Source: Pseudomonadota bacterium
Lineage (GTDB): Bacteria > Pseudomonadota > Gammaproteobacteria > Thiohalomonadales > Thiohalomonadaceae
Assembly (NCBI GenBank): GCA_040755915.1
Contig: JBFLWM010000035.1
Location: 6,362 to 70,361, forward strand
Reading direction: 5' to 3'
Length of the DNA: 64,000 bases
Shown: one piece after another, positions 30,926-41,210 of the stretch
How the letters are laid out: each line of letters starts with the position of its first letter
Numbering within the stretch: position 1 is the first letter of the stretch
The notes under the pieces: generated by a model
Databases searched by the model: none
What the model was told of the DNA's origin: nothing
Seen by the model: the letters and a program-made list of their open reading frames with translations, nothing else
Translations under genes and position numbers: made by a program

Positions 30926-32661
30926 TCGTCGGTGTTGAGTTCCGCCAGCATGCGCGCCGACTGCTCCATGTCGTCCTGGCGCAGGATCTTTTTCGCTGCG
31001 CGCCGCAACGGCTCCAACTCGCTCAGGGTGATGATGCGCTTGACCTCCAGCAGGGCCGGCGGCGGCACGCTGAATTCGGTGAGGCCGAGGCCGAGCAACA
31101 GGCGGGTGAGCATTGGGTCGCCGGCCATTTCGCCGCACATGGTGACCGGGATGCCGGCCTCGGCGCCGGCGCGCAGGGTGGTGTGGATCAGCCGCAGCAC
31201 GGCCGGGTGCAGCGGCTGGTAGAGATGGCCGAGGCTTTCCTCGAGACGGTCTGCTGCCAGGGTGTACTGGATCAGGTCGTTGGTGCCGATGGAGAGGAAG
31301 TCGAGACGGCGGGCGAAATCCGCGGCACAGATGGCGGCGGCAGGCACCTCGATCATGCCGCCGATGGCGATATCGTCGGCGTAGGGCTGGCGGCAGCGGC
31401 GCAGGTCCTCCCTGGCCTCGTCGATCAAGTCCCGTACCTGGCGGATCTCCTGCACCGTGGTCAGCATCGGGATCAGCAGGCGTACCGGTCCATGCTGCGA
31501 GGCGCGCAGGATGGCGCGCAGCTGCGGACGGAACAGCTCCGGTTCACGCAGGCACAGGCGCACCGCGCGCAGGCCCAGTGCGGGATTGGCGGCGCTACGC
31601 TCGCTACCGACGCCGTCGGCGGTCTTGTCGGCACCGAGGTCGAGGGTGCGGATGGTCACCGGCTTGCCTTTCATCGCCTTCACCACCTTGCCGTAGGCGC
31701 GGTACTGTTCCTCCTCGTCCGGCGGTGTGCCGCGGTTCATGTAGAGGAATTCGGTGCGGTACAGGCCGATGCCGGCGGCGCCGACGCGGCGCGCCGCCTG
31801 GATGTCCTCCGGCAGCTCGATGTTGGCGAACAGTGTGATCGTCTTGCCGTCGCGGGTGAGCGCGGGCGTGTCCTTGAGGCGGCGCAGTTCGCTGCGGGCG
31901 CGGCGTTCCTGCAGCTGGCGGGTGCGATAGAAGGCGGTGCCCGCTTCGTCGAGCCCGGCCAGCAGCACGCCCTGGCGTCCGTCCACCACCAGCGCTTCGT
32001 TGTCGCACAGGTAGGCCTGGGCGTTGTGCACGCCGACCACTGCGGGGATGCCAAGGCTGCGTGCCAGGATCGCCACGTGCGACATGGGGCCGCCGTGTTC
32101 GGTGACGACGGCGGCGACGTCGTGCTGGTGCAGCAGCACCAGTTCATCCGGCGACAGGTCGTCGGTGACGATGATGCGGCCACCTTCCGCTCCGGCGGCA
32201 ATGGCAGCGCCGCGCTGGCTCTGGTTGAGCAGAATCTGCTGCACCCGCAGGATGGCGTGCTCCACGTCGTCGCGCCGCGTGCGCAGATAGGCATCGTCCA
32301 TCTGATCGAATACCCGCGTCAGCGCCTCCTGCTGGAGGTGCAGCGCCCACTCGGCGTTGCAGCCCTCGCGCAGGATCAGCTCGATGGGCACGGTGGCGAG
32401 GGTGGCATCCTCCAGCATCAGCAGGTGGGTGTCGATGAAGGCGGTGATGTCGGCTGCCGTGCCGCCGGGGATCTGGTTGCGCACGGCGCGCAGCTGGGTG
32501 CGCGCCGCCTCCAGCGCGGCGATGAAACGCTCCACCTCCTCGTCGATGAGGTGGGGCGGCAGGACATAGTGGGGGATATCGAGCCTGCCGCGCTGCAACA
32601 GCCGCGCCGGTCCCAGGGCGATGCCGCGGGAGACGCCGGTGCCGTGCAGGGCGAGAGGCAT
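30922..32661 (-). CDS. ptsI: Phosphoenolpyruvate-protein phosphotransferase (PTS enzyme I, no GAF domain)
   Basis: Phospho-His region TEHGGPMSHVAILARSLGIPAVVG and C-terminal PEP-binding LSIGTNDLIQY. I chose ATG 32661 (MPLALHGTGVSRGIALG). Confidence 0.9.
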   Translation of the reverse strand: MPLALHGTGVSRGIALGPARLLQRGRLDIPHYVLPPHLIDEEVERFIAALEAARTQLRAVRNQIPGGTAADITAFIDTHLLMLEDATLATVPIELILREGCNAEWALHLQQEALTRVFDQMDDAYLRTRRDDVEHAILRVQQILLNQSQRGAAIAAGAEGGRIIVTDDLSPDELVLLHQHDVAAVVTEHGGPMSHVAILARSLGIPAVVGVHNAQAYLCDNEALVVDGRQGVLLAGLDEAGTAFYRTRQLQERRARSELRRLKDTPALTRDGKTITLFANIELPEDIQAARRVGAAGIGLYRTEFLYMNRGTPPDEEEQYRAYGKVVKAMKGKPVTIRTLDLGADKTADGVGSERSAANPALGLRAVRLCLREPELFRPQLRAILRASQHGPVRLLIPMLTTVQEIRQVRDLIDEAREDLRRCRQPYADDIAIGGMIEVPAAAICAADFARRLDFLSIGTNDLIQYTLAADRLEESLGHLYQPLHPAVLRLIHTTLRAGAEAGIPVTMCGEMAGDPMLTRLLLGLGLTEFSVPPPALLEVKRIITLSELEPLRRAAKKILRQDDMEQSARMLAELNTDD

Positions 32662-32671
32662 CAGGGCACCT

Positions 32672-32941
32672 CTATTCGTCCTCGCCGAAGCGATCGGCGA
32701 TGAGTTGTTCGAGCCTGGCCAGCGCTTCCTGCTCATCGCTACCGTCCACGGTGATCTGCACCGTGCTGCCGCAGCCGGCGGCCAGCATCATCACGCCCAT
32801 GATGCTCTTGCCGTTGACGCTGCGGCCGTTGCGCGCGATTTGCACGTTGCTGGCGCAGGCGGAGGCGACGTTGACGAACTTGGCCGCAGCACGGGCGTGC
32901 AGGCCGAGGCGGTTGATGATGGTGAGTTCCTTGCTGAGCAT
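32672..32941 (-). CDS. ptsH: HPr/NPr-type phosphocarrier protein
   Basis: 89 aa with active-site His context NRLGLHARAA and regulatory Ser context NGKSIMGVM. Confidence 0.9.
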   Translation of the reverse strand: MLSKELTIINRLGLHARAAAKFVNVASACASNVQIARNGRSVNGKSIMGVMMLAAGCGSTVQITVDGSDEQEALARLEQLIADRFGEDE

Positions 32942-32964
32942 GTTGTAATCCTTGAATCCGATTC

Positions 32965-33078
32965 AGTCCGCAAATGAGCGCAAATAAGTCCGTGACTGAC
33001 AATCCAGCCTCATATCAACCGACTGAACGCGCCGCTGAACCCGGTTCAGTCATGAACATTTGCGTTCATTCGCGGACT
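32965..33078. repeat. Nested palindromic structure in the EIIA(Man)-HPr spacer
   Basis: Outer inverted repeat AGTCCGCAAATGAGCGCAAAT (32965-32985) / ATTTGCGTTCATTCGCGGACT (33058-33078), 19 of 21 complementary. Inner repeat GACTGAAC (33021-33028) / GTTCAGTC (33044-33051). The right arm overlaps the EIIA stop codon. Confidence 0.6.
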
Positions 33079-33487
33079 ACATATTATTTCCAGCACAAAG
33101 CATGATGCCGTTGCGGCCGCCCGTGGCGGCCTTCTCCGCCAGTTCATCCAGGGCGAGCGTGTGGTAGTTGCACACCTTGAGCAGCATCGGCAGGTTGACG
33201 CCGGAGACCACGCGTACCTGTTCCCACTCCAGCAGGCGGCAGGCGATGTTGCCGGGGGTGGAGCCGTACAGGTCGGTGAGTACCAGTACCCCGGCGCCCC
33301 TGTCGAGTGCGGTGGCGAGGCGGCGCGCCTCGGCGGCTGTCAGATCCGGATCGGAATCCAGCGGCACGGTAAGCACCTGGACCGGCAGCGGACAGTGGCC
33401 GAGGATGGCGTCGGCGGTGCTGCGCAGCACATGGCCGAGCGGGTCGTGGGTGATCAGCAGGACGCCGACTTTCGCTGCGCTGTTCAT
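33077..33487 (-). CDS. PTS EIIA component, mannose/fructose family
   Basis: 136 aa. N-terminal VGVLLITHDPLG carries the phosphorylatable His context of the EIIA-Man fold. Confidence 0.8.
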   Translation of the reverse strand: MNSAAKVGVLLITHDPLGHVLRSTADAILGHCPLPVQVLTVPLDSDPDLTAAEARRLATALDRGAGVLVLTDLYGSTPGNIACRLLEWEQVRVVSGVNLPMLLKVCNYHTLALDELAEKAATGGRNGIMLCAGNNM

Positions 33488-34344
33488 CAGGATAGTTCGC
33501 GGTGGCGCACGCTGACCTTGGCGCGATCGCTGGCGAAGTGGCGTGCCAGGCGCTCGGCGAAATATACCGAACGGTGCTGGCCGCCGGTACAGCCGATGGC
33601 GACGGTGAGGTAGCTGCGGTTGTCGTTTTCGAAGTGCGGCAGCCAGGTGCTGATGAAGCCGCTGATGGACTGGAACATCTTCTCCACCTCCGGCTGCTGC
33701 TCGAGGAAGGTGATTACATCGGCATCGCGGCCGGTGAGGGCGCGCAGGCTCGGCTTCCAGTGCGGGTTGGGCAGGCAGCGGATGTCGAACACGAAGTCGG
33801 CGTCCACCGGGATGCCGTGCTTGTAGCCGAAGGATTCGAACAGCAGCGACAGCTTGCCGGAGGAGGAAGCGCCGACGTGGGCCTGCACCAGGTCGCGCAG
33901 CTGGTGCACGTTGGTGTGGCTGGTGTCGAGGCGCAGGTCGGCGCGCGCGGCGATGGGTTCGAGCAGCTCGCGCTCGCGGCGGATGGCGTCGGCCAGCGGG
34001 GTGTTGCCGCGGGTGAGCGGATGCGGCCGGCGCGTTTCCGAGAAGCGCTTGAGCAGGGTGTCGTCGTCGGCATCCATGAACAGGATCTGGTAGGGAATGC
34101 CGCTTTCGCGGATGTGCTTGAGCGCGTCGGGCAGGGCGCTGAAGTCGTTGACCAGGTTGCGCGCGTCGACGCCGACGGCGGCGTTGCTGTAGCCCTGGCG
34201 CTGCGCCGCCTGCAGTTCCTGCACGAAGGCGGACAGCAGGCCCACCGGCAGGTTGTCGATGCAGTAGTAGCCGAGGTCTTCCAGCGCGTGCAGGGCGATG
34301 GACTTGCCGGAGCCGGAGGTGCCGCTGACGATGTACAGCTTCAT
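33487..34344 (-). CDS. rapZ: RNase adapter protein RapZ (YhbJ)
   Basis: 285 aa with Walker A GTSGSGKSIAL and the conserved C-terminal CTGGQHRSV motif. Confidence 0.93.
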   Translation of the reverse strand: MKLYIVSGTSGSGKSIALHALEDLGYYCIDNLPVGLLSAFVQELQAAQRQGYSNAAVGVDARNLVNDFSALPDALKHIRESGIPYQILFMDADDDTLLKRFSETRRPHPLTRGNTPLADAIRRERELLEPIAARADLRLDTSHTNVHQLRDLVQAHVGASSSGKLSLLFESFGYKHGIPVDADFVFDIRCLPNPHWKPSLRALTGRDADVITFLEQQPEVEKMFQSISGFISTWLPHFENDNRSYLTVAIGCTGGQHRSVYFAERLARHFASDRAKVSVRHRELS

Positions 34345-35294
34345 TCCTGTTCTTCCCGCGCGATGAGGTGGCGCTGGCGCTCGATGAAGTGGGCGGTGGC
34401 GTCGTAGCCGTTCTCGCGCAGGATGTGGTTGCGCGCCGCCGCCTCCACCAGCACGGCGAGGTTGCGGCCGGGCGCCACCGGCAGCTGGATCTCCGGCACC
34501 TCCACCTCGAACAGGGTGCGGTGGCTGAAGCTGCCCTGCAGGCGATCGATGTTGTGGATGTCGCTCTTGGCGACCGGCACCAGGTTGACGATCAGGCGCA
34601 GGTTCTTGTGCCGTTTCACCGCGCTGTCGCCGAACATGGCGCGGATGTTGAGCAGGCCGAGGCCGCGCACCTCGAGGAAATCCTGCAGCAGCTCGGGGCA
34701 GCTGCCGCGCAGGGTGTCCGGGCCGACGCGGCGGAATTCCGGGGCGTCGTCGGCGATGAGGATGTGGCCGCGGGTGATGAGTTCCAGCGCCAGCTCGCTC
34801 TTGCCCACCGAACTTTCCCCGGTGAGCAGCACGCCGATGCCCATGACGTCGATGAACACGCCGTGCACCACCTGCTTGTCGGCCAGCAGGTCGGTGAGGT
34901 AGTAGTCGAGGTGGTTGAGCAGCTTGTCGCTGGCGAGGGCCGAGCCGAGCAGTGGCGTATCGTGCTGTTCGGCGGCACGGCGCAGGGCGGTGGGTGCCGG
35001 CAGGCCACCGGCGATGAGTACCGCCACCGTGGGTTCGGTGAACAGATGGTCCAGCGCCTCGGTATAGGTCTTTTCGTCCAGTCCGAGCAGGTAGTCCAGT
35101 TCCGCCGCGCCGAGGATCTGCAGGCGCGCCGGATGGATCAGGTTGAGATAGCCGACCAGGGCGGCATCGGCGGCATCAGCGGGGTCGCGGCCGATGGTGC
35201 GCTCGGCACCGGCATGTCCCGCCAGCCAGTGCAGCGCCAGCCGTTTCTGGTAGGTCTCGAACAGGACACGGACGCTGAGGGGCGCGACGGGCAT
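34341..35294 (-). CDS. hprK: HPr kinase/phosphorylase
   Basis: 317 aa with P-loop GESSVGKSELALEL and the signature LEVRGLGLLNIR. Confidence 0.93.
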   Translation of the reverse strand: MPVAPLSVRVLFETYQKRLALHWLAGHAGAERTIGRDPADAADAALVGYLNLIHPARLQILGAAELDYLLGLDEKTYTEALDHLFTEPTVAVLIAGGLPAPTALRRAAEQHDTPLLGSALASDKLLNHLDYYLTDLLADKQVVHGVFIDVMGIGVLLTGESSVGKSELALELITRGHILIADDAPEFRRVGPDTLRGSCPELLQDFLEVRGLGLLNIRAMFGDSAVKRHKNLRLIVNLVPVAKSDIHNIDRLQGSFSHRTLFEVEVPEIQLPVAPGRNLAVLVEAAARNHILRENGYDATAHFIERQRHLIAREEQE

Positions 35295-35312
35295 GGCGGG
35301 GCGAGCGCTGGA

Positions 35313-35774
35313 TCAGGCGGCCGGCTTCCACTGGCTGAGCAGGGTGTGCAGCTCGGCGGCGGAGGCGGCGGCGCGCAGGCGGGCGACGAAGGCCGTGTCG
35401 CTGAACATCTCCGCCAGCTGGGCCAGCAACTGCAGATGTTCCTGGGTGGACTGTTCCGGCACCAGCAGGCCGAACAGCAGGTCCACCGGCTCGCCGTCGA
35501 CGGCGTCGAAGTCGATGGGCTGCTGCAGCTTGATGAAGGCGCCGACGGTCACCGTGCCGTTCTTGACGCGGCCGTGGGGAATGGCCACGCCATGCCCCAG
35601 TCCGGTGCTGCCGAGACGCTCGCGGGCGATCAGGCTGTCGAACACGTCGGTCGGGTTCAATGCCTGCTGGTCGCCGGCGATGAGTGCGCTCAGCTGTTCC
35701 AGCACCCGTTTCTTGCTGGCCGACGGGTCGCCGCAGGCGACGCGTCCGGCCGTTAGCAGGTCTGCGATATGCAT
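35313..35774 (-). CDS. ptsN: Nitrogen-regulatory PTS EIIA (PtsN)
   Basis: 153 aa with phospho-His context GLGHGVAIPHGR. The position downstream of rpoN-hpf fits. Confidence 0.9.
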   Translation of the reverse strand: MHIADLLTAGRVACGDPSASKKRVLEQLSALIAGDQQALNPTDVFDSLIARERLGSTGLGHGVAIPHGRVKNGTVTVGAFIKLQQPIDFDAVDGEPVDLLFGLLVPEQSTQEHLQLLAQLAEMFSDTAFVARLRAAASAAELHTLLSQWKPAA

Positions 35775-35798
35775 GATGGGGGCGCGGCCGACCGGACC

Positions 35799-36131
35799 TT
35801 ATTCGCCGGCGGTGGTGTTCTTCAGCGTGGCGCCTTCCGTGCGGTGGTGATCGGTGAGCTTTTCCTTGTGCTTCTTGATCTGGCGATCCAGCTTGTCGGC
35901 CAGGGCGTCGATGGCGGCGTACATGTCCTCTTCCTCGGCGTTGGCGAACAGGTTGTTGCCGGTGATGGAGAAGGTGGCCTCGGCCTTGTGGCGCAGTTTT
36001 TCCACGCTCAGTACCACATGCACGTTGGTGACGTGGTCGAAGTGGCGCTCCAGGCGCTCCAGCTTGCTGCTGACGTAGTCACGCAGGGCGGGGGTGATTT
36101 CGACGTGGTGGCCGGTGAGGTTGAGTTGCAT
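35799..36131 (-). CDS. hpf: Ribosome hibernation promoting factor
   Basis: MQLNLTGHHVEITPALRDYV is a typical HPF/YhbH N-terminus. AAGGAG lies upstream of ATG 36131. Confidence 0.9.
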   Translation of the reverse strand: MQLNLTGHHVEITPALRDYVSSKLERLERHFDHVTNVHVVLSVEKLRHKAEATFSITGNNLFANAEEEDMYAAIDALADKLDRQIKKHKEKLTDHHRTEGATLKNTTAGE

Positions 36132-36173
36132 GGTGTTCTCCTTGGGACGGTTCAAATGCAGTAGATGATGAAA

Positions 36174-37694
36174 TCAGGTCAGACGTTTGCGTTCGTTGGA
36201 CGGCGGGATGTTCATGGCTTCGCGGTATTTGGCGACGGTACGACGGGCCACGTTAATCCCCTGTTTGCAAAGCACTTCGGCGATCTTGCTGTCGCTGAGC
36301 GGCTTGGCCGGATTTTCCTCGGCGATCATGTTCTTGATAAATGCCCGTATGGCGGTGGATGAGCACTCGCCTCCGCTGGCGGTGCTGACGTGACTGGAGA
36401 AGAAATACTTCAGCTCGAAAATCCCGCGCGGGGTGTGCATGTATTTCTTGGTGGTCACGCGGGAGATGGTGGATTCGTGCATGCCCACCTCCTGGGCAAT
36501 ATCATGCAGCACCAGCGCCTTCATTGCCACCTCGCCTTGCTCCAGGAAGCCGCGCTGGTGCTCGACGATGCAGCTGGCCACCTTGAGCAGGGTCTCGTTG
36601 CGGCTCTGCAGGCTCTTGATGAACCAGCGCGCCTCCTGCAGGTGGTTTTTCAGGGTGGTGTTGTCGCTGGCCGAGCCGGCCTGCTTCATCAGCCCGGCGT
36701 AGGTGGCGTTGATGCGCAGGCGCGGTGCCGCCTCCGGGTTCAGCTCCACGCGCCAGGCGCCCTTGACCTTGCGCACGATGACGTCGGGGACGATGTATTC
36801 GGTACGGGCGCTGGAGATCTGCGCGCCGGGGCGCGGGTTGAGCGACTGGATCAGCTTGATGATGCGGCCCAGTTCCTCGTCCTCCAGCTTGAGGCGGCGC
36901 TTGAGCTGGTTGTAGTCGCGCCCGGCCAGCAGGTCGAAATGGTCGCTGAGCAGCTGCACTGCGGCTGCGCGCTGCGGGGTATCCTCCGGCAGCTGGCGTA
37001 GCTGCAGCAGCAGGCTTTCGCGCAGGTCACGCGCCGCCACCCCCGGCGGGTCGAGGTTCTGCACCGCGTGCAGCACCGCCTCCACCTCGTCCGGGTCGAT
37101 GTCGAATTCCCCGCGCAGGCCTTCATACAGCTCCTCCAGCGGCACGCTGAGGAAGCCGTCGTCGTCCACCGCATCGACGATGGCCTCGGCGATGGCGCGG
37201 TCGGTGTCGCTCATGGGCATCAGGCGCAGCTGCCAGGTGAGGTGTTCCTGCAGGGTTTCGCCCGAGGTGTCGCCGTAGTCGGTGTCGTAGTCCTCGCTGT
37301 CGTAGCTGGAGGCGCCGCCGCTGTTGATGTTGTCGTAGATGTCTTCCCAGGCGCTGTCCACCGGCAGTTCGTCGGGGATGTCGCTGCTGGTCTGCAGTTC
37401 CAGGTCGTGCTCGGCGGCGGGGGCCTCGTGGCGCGGCTCGGCCTCCGCCACTTCGCTGTCGGGGTAGCTGTCCGCTTCCGGCGCCGGCGCGACGGCTTCG
37501 TCACCCGCGTCGAGACCCTCCAGGCCCTCGTCCTCGCCCTCCTCGGCCAGTTCCAGCATGACGTTGGATTCCAGCGCCTGCTGCACCTCCATCTGCAGCT
37601 CGAGCGTCGACAGCTGCAACAGGCGGATCGCCTGCTGCAGTTGCGGGGTCATGGTGAGCTGCTGACCGAGCCGGAGCTGTAATGACTGTTTCAT
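36174..37694 (-). CDS. rpoN: RNA polymerase sigma-54 factor
   Basis: 506 aa. Gln/Leu-rich region I ([25 protein letters not shown]), an acidic region II and the RpoN box ARRTVAKYR. Confidence 0.97.
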   Translation of the reverse strand: MKQSLQLRLGQQLTMTPQLQQAIRLLQLSTLELQMEVQQALESNVMLELAEEGEDEGLEGLDAGDEAVAPAPEADSYPDSEVAEAEPRHEAPAAEHDLELQTSSDIPDELPVDSAWEDIYDNINSGGASSYDSEDYDTDYGDTSGETLQEHLTWQLRLMPMSDTDRAIAEAIVDAVDDDGFLSVPLEELYEGLRGEFDIDPDEVEAVLHAVQNLDPPGVAARDLRESLLLQLRQLPEDTPQRAAAVQLLSDHFDLLAGRDYNQLKRRLKLEDEELGRIIKLIQSLNPRPGAQISSARTEYIVPDVIVRKVKGAWRVELNPEAAPRLRINATYAGLMKQAGSASDNTTLKNHLQEARWFIKSLQSRNETLLKVASCIVEHQRGFLEQGEVAMKALVLHDIAQEVGMHESTISRVTTKKYMHTPRGIFELKYFFSSHVSTASGGECSSTAIRAFIKNMIAEENPAKPLSDSKIAEVLCKQGINVARRTVAKYREAMNIPPSNERKRLT

Positions 37695-37790
37695 TGGGTT
37701 ATTGGCGCGCCGGGAGGCGGGAAGGCAATTCTACCGCAAAGAGCGTGCCAGAGTAAGGAAGAACACGGATGGAGGCAGCTGCGGATGCGG

Positions 37791-38518
<728 letters not shown>

Positions 38519-38522
<4 letters not shown>

Positions 38523-39028
38523 GGTTTCTTCTCCCCTTCGGTGCGCGGCTGGATGACGGCATGGACACGGCCGCTGCCGTTGTCCTGGCCGCTGGCCTGC
38601 ACCCGGCTCTGCACGATGTCGTAGTCGATGCGCTCGCCGCTGAAGCGGTCGCCGCCCTGCTGGACCCAGGCGGCGCCGCGCAGATGCAGGCGATCTTCGC
38701 TGGCGCGGTAGTCGAGCTGCAGGGCCTCGCCCTCGACGTCCGCCGTGGCGCCCTCCGGGCGCTGGCGGAAGCGCACCGGCCGGCCCTCCGCCTCGAGGCG
38801 ATCCAGTTCGTCGTTGCTGCGGTAGACCTTGAGCAGGTCGGCCTCCATGTGCAGCGTGCCCTGATCCAGCACCACATTGCCGCGGTAGGTGCTGACCCCG
38901 CTGCGGTTGTCCATTTCCGCCCAGTCGGCACGCACGTGGATGGGTTGCTGGCGGTCGCTCTCCAGGGCGGCGGCCAGGCCCGGCAGGGCGAGCAGGAGGC
39001 AGCCGAGAAGCTTAAGGTGACGGGACAT
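38519..39028 (-). CDS. lptA: LPS transport periplasmic protein LptA
   Basis: 169 aa. Signal peptide, then an OstA-like beta-jellyroll sequence ([12 protein letters not shown]...[12 protein letters not shown]). It overlaps lptB by 4 nt. Confidence 0.85.
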
Positions 39029-39575
39029 AATTCCCCCTGACCTGGGCCAGCAGCACCAGGCGCTCTTCCTTCATGTAGGCGCGCATGCCGACGGCGTCGA
39101 CACGGCCCTCCGGGTTGGTGATGGTGACCGGGGCATCGGTTTCGGCGTAGCGCTCCTTCGGCCGCAGCAGCATGGCGTCGGTGGTGAGCACCAGCAGGCC
39201 GCCCGCGTCCTCGCGGGTCATTCGTACGCCGCCGGACAGCTGCACCTCCCTGCCGTCGCCGCTGACCAGGCCGCGGGCGGCGTCGATCTGCCAGGGCGGC
39301 GTGTCGTCCGCCGTGTCGTACAGCGTCATGCGCGGCTCGGTCAGGTCCATCGAGCCGTCATCGGCGTAGCGCAGCATGAATTCGGCGGCCAGGCGCTGGT
39401 CCGGCCGGCCCTCCAGGTTCATGGTGGTGGTGATGAAGTCGCGCAGAAAATATTCCGGCACGTGCCTTGCCTCGGCGGCACGCTCGCGCTCGGTCTCCTC
39501 GCGCCGGCTGAACAGCCAGTGGGCGAGGAGGGCGAGGGCGACCAGCACCGTGACGGCAAGGAGGCGGCGGTTCAT
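39012..39575 (-). CDS. lptC: LPS export system protein LptC
   Basis: 187 aa with a single N-terminal TM anchor. The position between kdsC and lptA fits. Confidence 0.8.
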   Translation of the reverse strand: MNRRLLAVTVLVALALLAHWLFSRREETERERAAEARHVPEYFLRDFITTTMNLEGRPDQRLAAEFMLRYADDGSMDLTEPRMTLYDTADDTPPWQIDAARGLVSGDGREVQLSGGVRMTREDAGGLLVLTTDAMLLRPKERYAETDAPVTITNPEGRVDAVGMRAYMKEERLVLLAQVRGNYVPSP

Positions 39576-40096
39576 GCGAGATAGTGTTGCAGCTGGGCAT
39601 CAAGCGTGCCCTGCGCGCGCATGATCAGTTCGCACACGTCGCGCGCCGCGCCGCGACCGCCGCCGTGCTCGCTGATCCAGTGGGCATGCTGTTTGACCAG
39701 GGGGTGGGCGTCCTGCACCGCCAGGGCCAGGCCGACGCGGCGCATCACCGGCAGGTCCACCACATCGTCACCGGTGTAGGCCACCTGATGCGGCGCCAGG
39801 CCGAGCTTGGCGATCAGTTCTTCGAAGGCCGGCAGCTTTTCCAGCTTGCCCTGGTAGACATGACGGATGCCGAGGCTGTCCATGCGGTGTTTGACCACCT
39901 GCGAGGTGCGGCCGGTGATGATGCCGATCTCCACGCCGCTGGCCTGCAGCATCTTCATGCCGTGGCCGTCGCGGGAGTGGAAGGCCTTGTATTCCTGGCC
40001 GTCATCGCCCAGGTACAGGCTGCCGTCGGTGAGCACGCCGTCGACGTCGAAGATCACCAGGCGTATCTGTGCGGCTTTTTCCAGTATGTCCTGCAT
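39572..40096 (-). CDS. kdsC: 3-deoxy-D-manno-octulosonate 8-phosphate phosphatase
   Basis: HAD motif I FDVDGVLTDG and GDDVVDLP motif. I chose ATG 40096 (MQDILEKAAQIRLVIFD). Confidence 0.93.
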   Translation of the reverse strand: MQDILEKAAQIRLVIFDVDGVLTDGSLYLGDDGQEYKAFHSRDGHGMKMLQASGVEIGIITGRTSQVVKHRMDSLGIRHVYQGKLEKLPAFEELIAKLGLAPHQVAYTGDDVVDLPVMRRVGLALAVQDAHPLVKQHAHWISEHGGGRGAARDVCELIMRAQGTLDAQLQHYLA

Positions 40097-40127
40097 CGAG
40101 TGCTCCGCTCTTTGTGTTGGGGCCGCG

Positions 40128-40229
40128 GTCAGAGGGCAGAAGCACGGTGCCGTGTCTTCTGCGTGGGTTTGGCGGTTTTGTCCTCTGCCGTGCCGCGTTG
40201 TTGTTCTGTCGTTCCCGCTGCCCTCAGAC
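40128..40229. repeat. Structured kdsD-kdsC spacer (nested inverted repeats)
   Basis: Outer pair GTCAGAGGGCAG (40128-40139) / CTGCCCTCAGAC (40218-40229), with one mismatch; the right arm overlaps the kdsD stop. Inner hairpin GCAGAAGCACGG-TG-CCGTGTCTTCTGC (40136-40162) is followed on the plus strand by a T-rich tract. Confidence 0.45.
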
Positions 40230-41210
40230 GACGCCGGCACGCAGCAGGTCGTGCATGTTGATGGCTCCGCACAGCACGCCGTCGGCATCGACCACCGGCA
40301 GGGCGTTGATGCGTTTCTCGTCCATGATGTGCAGGGCCTCGGCGGCCAGCAGGTCGGCGCGGATGGTGGTGCAGCCGCGGGTCATCACCTCGACCACCTT
40401 CATGCCGGCGATCGCCACCTCGCCGTGGTCGAGCAGGCGGCGTAGGTCGCCGTCGGTGAAGATGCCGATGATGCGGCCGCTGTCGTCCACCACCGAGGTC
40501 ATGCCCAGCCCCTTGCGCGTCATTTCCAGCAGGGCATCACGCAGCGACGCCTCCGCGCCGACGCGGGGAATGCTCTCGCCGGTGTGCATGATGTCCTCGA
40601 TGCGCAGCAGCAGGCGGCGGCCCAGGCTGCCGGCCGGGTGGGACAGGGCGAAGTCTTCGGCGGTGAAGCCGCGTGCCTCCAGCAGGGCCACGGCCAGGGC
40701 ATCGCCCATGGCCAGGGTGGCGGTGGTGCTGGAGGTGGGGGCCAGGCCCAGCGGGCAGGCCTCCCGCTCCACGCTGACATCCAGGTTGACCTCGGCGGCC
40801 TTGGCCAGACGCGAGCGCGGATTGCCGGTGAGGCTGATGAGCGGCACGCCGAGGCGCTTGATCAGGGGCAGGATGGTGAGGAGCTCATCGGTTTCGCCCG
40901 AGTTGGACAGGGCCAGCACCACATCTTTGGCGGTGATCATGCCGAGGTCGCCGTGGCTGGCCTCGCCGGGGTGGACGAAGAAGGCCGGCGAGCCGGTACT
41001 GGCCAGGGTGGCGGCGATCTTGGCGCCGATGTGGCCGGACTTGCCCATGCCGGTGACCACGATGCGGCCCTCGCAGGCCAGCATGTGGCGGCAGGCACGG
41101 GCGAAGCCGGCATCGATGCGCCCGCTGAGGGTGGCCACCGCCGCGGCCTCGGTCTCCAGCACCGCACGGCCGAGCTGCTGCAGCTTGTCGTCGTCGGCGG
41201 GGCGGGTCAT
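40224..41210 (-). CDS. kdsD: Arabinose-5-phosphate isomerase KdsD (SIS plus 2 CBS)
   Basis: SIS motif [12 protein letters not shown] and a C-terminal CBS pair. I chose ATG 41210; the 529-aa track ORF extension is rejected. Confidence 0.95.
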   Translation of the reverse strand: MTRPADDDKLQQLGRAVLETEAAAVATLSGRIDAGFARACRHMLACEGRIVVTGMGKSGHIGAKIAATLASTGSPAFFVHPGEASHGDLGMITAKDVVLALSNSGETDELLTILPLIKRLGVPLISLTGNPRSRLAKAAEVNLDVSVEREACPLGLAPTSSTTATLAMGDALAVALLEARGFTAEDFALSHPAGSLGRRLLLRIEDIMHTGESIPRVGAEASLRDALLEMTRKGLGMTSVVDDSGRIIGIFTDGDLRRLLDHGEVAIAGMKVVEVMTRGCTTIRADLLAAEALHIMDEKRINALPVVDADGVLCGAINMHDLLRAGVV

